Positions 14,375 through 25,162 of a stretch of 61,738 nucleotides of DNA are shown piece after piece (position 1 is the stretch's first letter; the number at the start of each line of letters is the position of its first letter). The notes beneath the pieces were generated by a model. It did no database searches. It saw only the letters and a program-made list of their open reading frames with translations, and was not told where the DNA came from. A program made the translations under genes and the position numbers. Source of the DNA: Octopus bimaculoides (Eukaryota); assembly GCF_001194135.2 (NCBI RefSeq), contig NC_068983.1, forward strand, positions 165,580,932-165,642,669, given 5' to 3'.

Positions 14375-15334
14375 CTCCTCCTCCTCCTCTCTCTCTCTTT
14401 TTTCTGGATCAAAACCCAAATGTCACGGTTCTACTGCTGTAATCGTGAAGTTTGTTGCTGTCTAGCTTTAGATCAGACTTCGGCAAGTTCTAAACTTAGT
14501 ACATTGACAGCTGGAACTAAATACCACAGACGTTATCTAAGCAATAATAATAATAATAATGATAATAATAATAATAATAATAATAATGTTTTTTCTTCTG
14601 TTCCAGGACTGAACGGTTACAATTATCCTGACCAACATGCTTTAGCTCTCGATTATCGAATCGTCGGTTTCCGCGAATGTGCCACGGAAGTGGCACGTTA
14701 TTTGGTGACGGTCGAAGGAATGGACATACAAGAACCATTACGATTACGTCTGCTGAGTCACTTGCAATGCTACTGCGCCCAACGAGAAGCGGCGGCGGCC
14801 ACGAAAACGCCACACTGGTCTTCAGTGAGCACGCACCCCACCATCAACAATCAATACAACGGTTCCAATCACATGACCTCTGTACCGAATATGATTGGTA
14901 CAGCGTCAACACAACACACAGGGCAAAATGAACACCATTTGTCGACGATCAGTACAAGCCATTCAGGACTTTCAGTGGCGACGAGTGCTGTCCCCCCTTC
15001 ATACAGCGAAGCCAGGGTCAGCCAACAGACAGAAATATCAACGCCTTCATCGAGTGCGTTGCACAGTCATATGCGACTCGCGACCACAGCGCCTGCCGTG
15101 GCATCTGCTTCTCACCAGATGGCAGCATCTTTGAATACGCCCACTCAGATGCAACAAATATCACCGTCCATGCTTCCAACCATGCCTCAGATCAGTCAGT
15201 TCCCAGTTTCCTTAAATTCCTCCATGATGTCTCCAAACAATCACACGTACGGCAGTGGAAACGGAGTTGGGATCAACCAACACGGACCTTCAGTAAAGCC
15301 ATACCGACCGTGGGGTACAGAATTGGCTTATTGA
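6577..15334 (+). CDS. Hey: Hey (hairy/E(spl)-related with YRPW motif), whole gene: join(6577..6638,10618..10666,13741..13824,14108..14180,14607..15334), 996 nt, 331 aa
   Basis: Exon lengths 62+49+84+73+728 sum to a multiple of 3 and all introns are GT-AG. The protein has the basic-[56 protein letters not shown], the Orange domain [17 protein letters not shown], and C-terminal [10 protein letters not shown]. The Gly in the basic region and the YRPW are diagnostic of Hey rather than Hes. Confidence 0.96.
7046..7308. mobile_element. hAT-type MITE in Hey intron 1
   Basis: TIRs CAGTGATTCTTAACC and GGTTGAGACACACTG; perfect 8-bp TSD CTCTAAAC at 7038-7045 and 7309-7316. Confidence 0.85.
9882..10142. 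mobile_element. hAT-type MITE with similar TIRs in Hey intron 1
   Basis: TIRs CAGTGGTCCTCAACC and GGTTGAGAATCACTG; TSD GTCTAAAC / GTCTAAAT (7 of 8 match). Confidence 0.82.
10618..10666 (+). CDS. Hey: Hey exon 2 ([16 protein letters not shown])
   Basis: Acceptor attgcag| after a (TTA)n tract and donor GGG|GTAAGT. It ends in the RKKRRG start of the basic region. Confidence 0.93.
13741..13824 (+). CDS. Hey: Hey exon 3 ([28 protein letters not shown]), basic region and helix 1
   Basis: tttgcag| acceptor and CAG|GTCAGT donor; 84 nt; near-invariant Hey sequence. Confidence 0.97.
14108..14180 (+). CDS. Hey: Hey exon 4 ([24 protein letters not shown]), loop and helix 2
   Basis: tcttcag| acceptor and AAG|GTACGC donor, phase 1. 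Confidence 0.96.
14213..14400. repeat. (CT)n-rich tract in Hey intron 4
   Basis: Read directly. Confidence 0.95.
14607..15334 (+). CDS. Hey: Hey exon 5: Orange domain, Ser/Thr/His-rich linker, [10 protein letters not shown]-stop
   Basis: ttttcttctgttccag| acceptor; open frame to TGA at 15332-15334. Confidence 0.95.
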
Positions 15335-15366
15335 CTATAAGATAACAATAATGGTCTTTCTTTCCT

Positions 15367-15416
<50 letters not shown>

Positions 15417-16513
15417 ATAGAAAGCAAAGAAGGTGGTTATGAAACAAGAGTTTGACTGTTAAAGACATTGCAATGTTTAGTTCTTATTTCTCTGTTCATG
15501 TTTTCGAGTCCTGCCATAGTCGACTTCAAGATTACCCCTTTCGGGGTCTTGTATAGGTATATATAAATATCCCAACTAATCTACTGGAGTCGATTGAACT
15601 GAAAATATCCCAACTTTTTTTATTCAAAAAAATTGGCCTTGAGCTTAAGTAAAAAAGCAATATTTCCCACTCCCTCACTTTTTCTTTTCTTTTTTTTTTT
15701 TGTTAACCAAAATAACTACGACGCCATATATTTCAAAATGTAACTGCCATGCTATATACAAGGAGCAACAAAAGATCTTCCATATTCTACACAGCCTACT
15801 GATGAAGTTAGGCAGGGGGTAACGATGTTTCCATGTAGATAATTTTTTTTTCTTACCATTCAAGGCGGTGCCTCAATATGTCCACAGTCTAATGTCTAAG
15901 TAAAACGTAAAACAAAACATTAGACTTGAATTGGTGTTCGCCGTATGGTTGTTGTTGATGTGTTTATCAAGAAGGGTGAATCTGGAAGGTTCTTTTCGTT
16001 GCACCTTGCATATGTATGTATGTATGTATGTATGTATATGTTATGGCAGTCACATTGAACTAAATTTTGTTGACCAAAGTTCCGTCGGTCTGACAGCAAA
16101 ATGCAATCCTAAATAACATATCATAATAGAAACCAGCAAACAAGCAATTCCACGTGTTTCTCTGTTTGCCCAGTTTAAAAAGATCTCCTCTTTCTAAAAT
16201 CACCATTTACGTTCCACCTGGTTCTTCCTGTCTGTGTGTAAATAATTTAAATTCATCTTGAAAAAAAAAAAAGGACGATTCATTCAGTTTTGGAGAATGT
16301 TTGTTTTTCTTTATATATATATATTCGTTTGTTTTTGTCTTTCCAAAACAAATCTGTGTACAATATTATAAAGATGATTCCACAATATAACTGTTTCATA
16401 TATTTTTAAATATTATTATAAAGAGTGATTTCTTTCTTTTGTTTGTTAAACAATAAGTTAGCAAAAACGAAAACGAACTTCCAATTTTCTTTCTGGTTCA
16501 TCACTTTGTAACA

Positions 16514-16564
<51 letters not shown>

Positions 16565-16645
16565 CTCTCTCTCTCTCTCTCTCTCTCTCGCTCTTTCATT
16601 TTATTTTATTTTTTCCTCTTCCTTTGTCCTTACACCTAGGGACAC

Positions 16646-16651
16646 AATAAA
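16646..16651 (+). terminator. Candidate proximal poly(A) signal of Hey
   Basis: AATAAA followed by a T/GT-rich tract (tttttttgttgctcttttc), 1.3 kb after the stop codon. Confidence 0.4.
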
Positions 16652-16665
16652 TTTTTTTGTTGCTC

Positions 16666-16737
16666 TTTTCTACACATCACTATAAACATTCCAAGACAGC
16701 ATTTTCTACACATCGCTATAAACATTCCAAGACACAC
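16666..16737 (+). repeat. 36-bp tandem duplication in the putative Hey 3' UTR
   Basis: ttttctacacatcactataaacattccaagacagca followed by ttttctacacatcgctataaacattccaagacacac. Confidence 0.9.
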
Positions 16738-17389
16738 GTATATATATAAGAGACAGAGAATGTGTGTGTGTGTCATAGACAAGAATGGAGAATTCTACAT
16801 CTTCGAAATTTATTTATTGCAGTATTATTTTCATTAGATTCCAATCCGACACGTGTTTCTGCTGTATAAGTCGTCTTAATGTCCTTTGATGTAGCATTTA
16901 TGAGCATTTAGTTGATTCAGTGTATTCATAGTGGTTGTGGTACCTTCGTAAGAAAATCCAATTCTTTGCGCTGCTTTTGATGATAAGTTTACAAGAATGA
17001 GTGGAAAGAGGGGAAGGCTAAGTGATCACGTGGTATAACAGTAGAATCGAAACATTCCTTTTACGTGTGTTTTTTTTTAATAATTTATATATACATATAT
17101 ATTTTTATGAAATTTCAGCTTTTATATACAGATACAAATGTGTAAACTCACACAATTCAGAAATCTAGGATCATCGTTGTTATAACGTCCTTTTTTTTTT
17201 TTCCTTGCTTGCATGGTTCAGACGGAGCTTATTAAGGCAAATATTCTGCAATTGTATGCGTTTACTGTCGCCAACCTTCCTCTGTTTCCGAGCAACGTAA
17301 TGCCCCGACATGTTTATGCAGAATATTGCAAATGAACGACACTGCTTGTATAGCATTCATCGACATTCCATAAATTATGTTTCCTTCAC

Positions 17390-17395
17390 AATAAA
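17390..17395 (+). terminator. Candidate distal poly(A) signal of Hey
   Basis: AATAAA with GT-rich sequence downstream (gtgtgtatat). Confidence 0.35.
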
Positions 17396-18644
17396 AATAA
17401 CACACACACACACACACATGCATGTGTGTATATATATATACATACATACATACATATAAATATATATATTTACATATATATGTATATGTATATATTTATA
17501 TTGTGTGTGTATATTTACTCTTTCACTTGTTTGAGTCATTTTGACTGCGGCCATGCTAGAGCACTTCCTTTAGTCGTGCAAATCGACCCCAGGACTTATT
17601 CTTTGTAAGCCAAGTATTTATTCTATCGGTCTCTTTTGCCGAACAGCTAGATACGGGGACGTAAACACACCAGCATCGGTTGTTTTGCCTCATATTTTTA
17701 TTCATCATCTTTCTACGAATTTTCTATGAAGTATACGGTGTTTACAGATCCCCTGTTACTTATATTTCAAAATTGGCATTTATCATCATCACCACCATCA
17801 TCATCATCATCTCTATTTTGGGCTTTTAGTTATATCTTTGATATCTTAAACAATGGCTTCCGATGCAGACTTTTTTCTTCCGTAATTATTTTCTTTTCAT
17901 ACAAATATATTTAACAAAAATTTCCAACGAAATCTATTTTACGGCTTCCAACATACGTACATATATATATANNNNNNNNNNNNNNNNNNNNNNNNNNNNN
18001 NNNNNNNNNNNNNNNNNNNNNNNNNNNNNNNNNNNNNNNNNNNNNNNNNNNNNNNNNNNNNNNNNNNNNNNNNNNNNNNNNNNNNNNNNNNNNNNNNNNN
18101 NNNNNNNNNNNNNNNNNNNNNNNNNNNNNNNNNNNNNNNNNNNNNNNNNNNNNNNNNNNNNNNNNNNNNNNNNNNNNNNNNNNNNNNNNNNNNNNNNNNN
18201 NNNNNNNNNCAAAACTTCCGGATACGATTTATTAAACCCTTATTCCACCTTCAAATAAGGTTCAAATCGAAACTCTTCTCTCCTCCTGTCTCGTAGCTTC
18301 CACTGAATTTTCTTCTTTTTTTTTCTTTTTTCTTTTTTTCTTTTTTTTTTTTTTTACCCATCTTCCAAACACACTCTATTCAAACGATGCTTTCTAGCTA
18401 GTTTTTCTACGATCACAACATTCGATATAACGGCACTAACCAGAGTCTTGGTCGTTATAGGTCGGTGTTATGCCTTCAACGGCAAACTCGCGTCTAAATT
18501 CACTTAAATCTCAAAAGCTGGTCGTGTGTGCGCGTGTAAATGGCAATAGATATGTCTCTATCGATTTATATCTATTATTTAAAATCTTTGTATCCTGTTT
18601 AAGCATCGAGTAAAGATATCACCTCTTCAGAAGACAAACTGTTA

Positions 18645-18676
<32 letters not shown>

Positions 18677-19245
18677 ATTCACATATATATACACATAAGT
18701 TTATATATATATAAGATTATGTATATATATATGAATTATTCTCTTTAAAGTCATCGCTGTCGTTATATTTGTCAATGCCATAAATTTTGTTCCAACGTTG
18801 TACCATTCTATTCTTTTGCCTTGCCACTTCAAATGCCAAACCTGTGGGGGAGGGGGACACCTTGGGTTCATTCATGATTTAAAAAAAAACAAAAACAAAT
18901 ACGCCGCAACCAATATGATTCTTTATCAATTCTAAAATATAACATCAAAAACTATTGTAGATTTAAATATCAAACCACGGTTCCATCTCTGATCACTGCT
19001 TAGTGCGCAATTCATAATAAATGTACTGTGTTCTCAGCCGCAGATTAAAGAAAGAATTAACAACAATAATGATGATGATGATAATAATAATAATAATGAT
19101 AATAATAATAAGCATCTCATTACATTGTCTAATAATTGACATATTGGGAAAAGAATTTTTTCTTAGGTCTTATTGAATTTTATTTATATCACGATTACAA
19201 AGCAATATTGTCCCTTTTTTGTTTTCCAAATAAAAGTGCCTTAAT

Positions 19246-19380
19246 CAGTGGACGTAACGCGGGGGTATACAGACCTGAAAGGGTGGCCGTTTTATATACT
19301 TTTACATACGTGTGTTTCCGCTAGTGTAACGTTTGTTGCGTTTAAGAAAAACTATGGTCAAGACCCTCTTTACGCCCCTG
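19246..19380. mobile_element. Possible small MITE
   Basis: Ends cagtggacgtaac and tttacgcccctg are imperfect inverted repeats of a CAGGGGCGTA-type terminus. Confidence 0.35.
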
Positions 19381-19603
19381 CCTTCACCCTAATTTTAGGT
19401 TACAGTTTTAAAATAATATATTGTTGAATCACGAATTTATTATGGGAATTCAGGATTCGGCATTAGTTAAGGGGAAAACAAATCAATTGCCATTTAAAAT
19501 TCTAAGTTCGTTTTACGGATTTCAAAATCAAAGATTTCATGAGATAATCATTTTTTTTAAATACGAGAGGAATTTCACAAATATTCTTCTCTCTCTCTCT
19601 TAC

Positions 19604-19642
<39 letters not shown>

Positions 19643-19717
19643 CCCTCTCTCTCTTTCTCTTTCATACTCGCTGTCTCACACACAAACACTCTCTCTTTTT
19701 GATTACTTACATATATA

Positions 19718-19752
<35 letters not shown>

Positions 19753-21229
19753 NNNNNNNNNNNNNNNNNNNNNNNNNNNNNNNNNNNNNNNNNNNNNNNN
19801 NNNNNNNNNNNNNNNNNNNTATATATATGCATATATGTCTATATATGCAAAAGCATTGTTCATAACTTAAAATCTGAAAAGCATTCCATTAAGAAATGCC
19901 AAAGTCCCGATAAATATCGGCAGGCATGTTCTTGTACATGTTCTTCAAAATAGGACATGAGTCAAAACTGAAAACGAAAATTTTGTAAAAACATTTTTTG
20001 AGACCCACTTACACATAGTGTTTATATATAAACGCATTTGCATCCATCTACACAAATGTGCCTGTACAAAAAACTTTATTTCAAAAATCTCTTTTAAAAT
20101 TTACATTTTTAACGTGTTATATAATTAAAATAAAATTACTATGAAAAATTTATTTTTTGTGTCGGTTCAATTCATTTCTTTTATTTTGTCTTCTGTGCAT
20201 GCATGTGTGTCTGTGTGCCTGAATGTGTGGGGGGGAGGGGGAGTTTGAGTAGATATAAGTAAGTTTGTATGTGTATCAGTGAGAGCCTCTGTGTGTGTGT
20301 GTTCAGTGCTAAAAACTACTGTCGCGAAAACAGGACGAATGTCCAGTCAGCTGTGCTAAAATCATTAGAGTTCAAACAGCTGCGCCCAAGCGTCTCATTC
20401 AGTTACTCTTGATGTCATCAGAAGATCGAGTTAATTACTTGACGATTCTTAAAGAGAGGGATCCATCAATGGGTGACCAACGCTGTTGGATTTCAGAAGA
20501 AACACACGAAACATTTCGTCTAATTTGCTGCGACAAATACGAAAGTTAAATGAACTGACCTTACAAAGATTTGAACCAGCATTACACGCTTCGAATTCCG
20601 GTAGAATAAGAACATACACACGCTTAGATCCATACGCACGCATATTTGGTTGACAATGGATCTCTGTCGTTCGGCAATTAGGATTCAGCTATTCAATCAA
20701 CTAGTTACGGTAAGGTCTCAGTGGCTGAGTATACCACTGAACACTTACCTTAATTTCCAGGCAAAATCAACGTGACACAGTATATGACAATGTTCTACCT
20801 TTCACAATTACAACAATAATCTACTTCGGTGAGATTCTACACTTTCCGTCCAGCCACTTTCTTTCACTTTTGCCAAGGTGTCACTCAGTGGCACCTTACG
20901 CAAATGTCATTTTCTCAGCGATACTGCGTCTTTTTTTTCAATTGTGTGTGTGTGTGTGTGTGTATGCGCGTGTGCGAACCCCCACCCCATATATATANNN
21001 NNNNNNNNNNNNNNNNNNNNNNNNNNNNNNNNNNNNNNNNNNNNNNNNNNNNNNNNNNNNNNNNNNNNNNNNNNNNNNNNNNNNNNNNNNNNNNNNNNNN
21101 NNNNNNNNNNNNNNNNNNNNNNNNNNNNNNNNNNNNNNNNNNNNNNNNNNNNNNNNNNNNNNNNNNNNNNNNNNNNNNNNNNAAAAAACAAACAGAGAAA
21201 CGAGACATGCAACATAAAGAGTATACCCC

Positions 21230-21420
21230 TTCGTCAGTTGTTCCTGTTTCATCTACTCCGCGTTTCGAAGGCAAGGACAATACGCAACTTCGTTGAAACA
21301 GTCGCGTATTTCGTCACTGCAGATGGTCCTGCTCTTTTCAATGTTATCCCGAAAGAAATTAAAGTAGAAAAAGACCTCACATCTTTCAAACGGTACCTGA
21401 GCAAATTCCTCCATTTCTTA
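21230..21420 (+). mobile_element. CR1/L2-type LINE ORF2 C-terminal fragment
   Basis: GPALFNVIPKEIK..DLTSFKRYLSKFL resembles the GPxLFNxLP..FKxxLDxFL end of CR1/L2-group ORF2. Confidence 0.5.
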
Positions 21421-21593
21421 AAAAATTTTCTGATGAAGGAATAACACCCGAAACGTTAAAACTATTTCCTTCTTTCAGACGTTAAACTAACAAAATATTT
21501 TTGAGTGTCGTCTCTCTTGTGTTGTCTTTTTCATTTTTGTTTTTGTTCATTACATTTCCAACATAATTTAATCGTTTACGCGGGCTTTATATA

Positions 21594-21626
<33 letters not shown>

Positions 21627-21759
21627 ATGTATATATATATATATATATATGCATGTGTGTATGAATATGTATATGTATGTGTATGTATGTATATATGTAT
21701 GTGTATATATGTATATATATATGTATGTATGTGCATGTATATATGTATGTATATATTTG

Positions 21760-21830
<71 letters not shown>

Positions 21831-22389
21831 TCGCCATGGCTTAGGTGTGTGCTACCCTTTCTTTCTAGAGCTGTGAGGGAGATGGACAAAATGCCACGCT
21901 GGGTGGAATTCTCCATTCGTTACCATATCTTTGCGCATTCATTTACTATTACTGTCACAACAATTGACGTGAGATGTTAGATAATAAAGAAAATATAACC
22001 TCCAACAACGCCGATCTGGCGTTTATTTGTCAGTTATTTATAACGAAAGTCAATTTAGATATGCAACAGTTGCGATAGAAGATCGTTGCAGCATTGTGGT
22101 GTGAGTAATAAAAAATACGACGGAAGGTTTATTACAATGGAAATTAATGATAAATTAATTCTTTCTATATTTCGGGTAAATAAACACATCAACAGAAGGA
22201 ACAAAGAAAAATAAAGGCAATTAACGAATCTTCTTCTGTAGATGTGTTGATTCACCTGGATTTTATAAGGAATTAATAAAGGTATTGATTCTCTCTTCAC
22301 ACTAGAACAAGTTTCTTGCAACATTTCTGCATTGTTTACTTAAAAATTGATCTCGGGATTAGTGAAACGTTTGACAACCAACTCAGTCT

Positions 22390-22960
22390 TGTAATGATAA
22401 TGATGATGATGATGACGACGAGGATGGTGGCGATGATGACGATGATGTGGCGACTACGATAATGATAATGATGACAATGATGTTGATGAAGGCGATGATG
22501 ATGGTGATGACTTCGACAACGACAACAATGATGATGATGATGATGACGATGACGATGATAATGATGACGATGATGATGATGACAACGGAGACGAAGATGA
22601 TTTCTTTAACAGCCTCGAAGTGTGTCTGAGCGATACACATAAACCAACAAATGGAATTTATGCGTGTAATCTTCGATGTTTATTCTTTATATAAAACAAA
22701 CGACGAGATGGTCAAAACTGGAACGCCTTCGAGGCTAAACAACAACCGCAATAGCACTACTACCAATTACCCAACACCACCACAATTAGCAATTGCAACA
22801 TCTTCATTCACCTCTACCACCAATACCATCGTGACGGACACTACTATCTCTATTATCTCCACCACCACCACCACTACCAAAAATACCATCACCCCCACCA
22901 CCCCTCAACCACAATCATCATACCCCACCCTCATTACCACAATCACCACCGCCGCCACAA
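22390..22960. repeat. Degenerate (GAT)n tract followed by a (CAC)n-rich tract
   Basis: Read directly; gives poly-M, poly-I and poly-T pseudo-ORFs. Confidence 0.92.
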
Positions 22961-24786
22961 TCAATGCAAGTTGGGTCCCTAGAAAAACACGAAGCAAAGT
23001 AGAGAAATCGGTCAAATATTGTTAGCGGACGAAGTGCCCCTTAATTATTGGATAGATTTTTNNNNNNNNNNNNNNNNNNNNNNNNNNNNNNNNNNNNNNN
23101 NNNNNNNNNNNNNNNNNNNNNNNNNNNNNNNNNACGAAGAAAAAGAAGAAGGAGAAAAGTAAGAGTGAAGACCTTTTTTTAAATCCCGAGAGGAAGCAGA
23201 AGATTAATAATTAATTTGATGGGTTATCAACTATAAATAAACATTGCCAAATTTACCTGTCATAAATTCTGAAAGGATTTCGAATTCCAGGTAGGACAGT
23301 GCGACATAAACCCCTCTCCCACCCCACCGAATCTTGTTAAGATAATAAAACGAGGAAAATATTCGTTCGTTTCAAGGATTTGTTAGGAAAAATAAAAAGG
23401 ACAAACTGGAAAACAGTACAAAATGGTTTGTAAAATTTTCATCGTTGTTCCCTAGCAACAAGTCATCCCTGATCAAGGAGATATCTGACGAAAAAGACAT
23501 TCCGCTGGTGACCATCATGTCTTTTATTCTGACACAGTCTGTCTTGGACTATATAGTATTCCCTTTTTTTTTTAAAGAAAGAGGTGGCGGTGATAGGGGA
23601 GGTGGAGGTGGATCTCCGTCGTTCGACGATAAAGATCTTCAACTGTTCGAGATCAACTGAATTATCTGCTCCTGAATTAACGCGTAAGTGGTTGAGTATA
23701 CCCCAGACACGTATGACAGAACCGTACCGTTTGAATTCCGGGTACAATCCACCCAGCAGGCTTCTGTTCAGTTTCCTTCAAACCCAACTTCATTCACAAG
23801 GAATGGGTTGGTCCAAGGTTATAAGAAATGGTATTTGTCGAAGATGCGAAGCAACGGGATTGAACCAGGAACCTCGTGGTTATAAAGCGTACCTCTTAAC
23901 CATTCGGCCCTACTGTGCCTACGTTAAAAGAACTTACACCACGCCCCGAAATTGCTGGCCTTGTATCAAGATCTGAAACTAATATTAAGCTGATGTTTAG
24001 AACACAACCATGAAATTGGGATCGAAGAATTAAAAGTCAAACTGAACACTTCCAGAGCAACTGAACACCCTACTACAAGATAACAAATCACTGGACACCT
24101 TTATCTCTGCTTGAGAAGCAGTCAATAAATGTACTGCTTTGCGGTTAGACGAACTTAAAACCTTGCAGATCTTTACTATCAGTTTTGAGAGGATATTTTT
24201 CTGAAGCATTTGATTCTTGAGGTCTCTGAAAGCTGTATTCTTCCGTCTTTTACTTTATATTGTCGTCTACTATTTTTCACTTTACGTCAAAAAGTGTCGA
24301 CTGTTATAGCATTTTTCACTCCAGCGTTCCCTTCAGCAAATACGTTAAACACACGCACACACATTCTCTCTCTCTCTCTCTCTCTGTGCCTTACCTTTCA
24401 ACTACACCACTTCCCCCCTGCTCTAAACACGATCTATTTCTCTTCCTTTCTACCTCTTCCCTTCACTATTTAACCACACAATATAATAGCAATCCCTTTC
24501 CTCTCGCTCTCACCGCTAACACTCTTCTCCCTCTCTCTCTTTTTGCATTTACCTTCAACTAACTACGAGACAGCGTGACACATTTGGCCTTCGCGTAACA
24601 ACAAAATGAAACACTTTTAATAATATTGGGCTTAGACTACCTTCCCTGATTAGTAGTAGCTGCTGATGACAGTCACAACTTCCTACAATTTTACAAGCTA
24701 ACAATAATATTAGCCAACGAAATTAAAATATCAACAAAGTCTTTAGTGTTATGGTAAGAAAATTAATGAAGCCCATATTTATACAT

Positions 24787-24922
24787 GTGGCTGTGTGGTT
24801 CCCAACAACATGGTTCCAGGTTCAGTCCCATTGCATGGCACCTTGGGCAAGTGTCTTCTATTATAGCCTTGGGCTGATCTAGGCCTTGTGAGTGGACTTG
24901 GTAGACGGAAACTGAAAGAAGC

Positions 24923-24971
<49 letters not shown>

Positions 24972-25162
24972 CTGTGTTTGTCTCCCCATCATCACTTGAC
25001 AACCGATGCTGGTGTGCTTACATCCCTGTAACTAAGCGGTTCGACAACAGAGACTGATAGAATATGTACTAGTCTTCCAAAGAATAAGTTCTAGGGTTGA
25101 TTTGTTCGAGTAAAGGTGGTGCTCCAGCATGGCCGCAGTCAAGACTGAAACAAATAAAAGAA
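24787..25162 (+). mobile_element. tRNA-headed SINE family A with an internal (TA)n(TG)n tract (representative copy)
   Basis: A-box-like tggctgtgtgg, B-box-like ggttcagtccc, and tail ccagcatggccgcagtc..actgaaac. Other copies lie at about 2380-2620, 10841-10985, 12585-12722, 17520-17685 (-), 28479-28640 with 29360-29555, 34245-34340, 42600-42772 (-), 43238-43570 (-), 45870-45965 (-) and 57672-57850 (-). Confidence 0.85.

Noticed and set aside
16666-16737. CRISPR-like repeat
   Set aside because: Two adjacent units with no spacer, in eukaryotic DNA; a simple tandem duplication.
15335-17400. Drosophila E(spl)-type K, Brd and GY boxes in the Hey 3' UTR
   Set aside because: I found no exact TGTGAT, AGCTTTA or GTCTTCC on the sense strand.
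23840-23915. tRNA gene (also the other A-box/B-box heads)
   Set aside because: The acceptor and anticodon stems do not pair, and each head runs into a SINE body.
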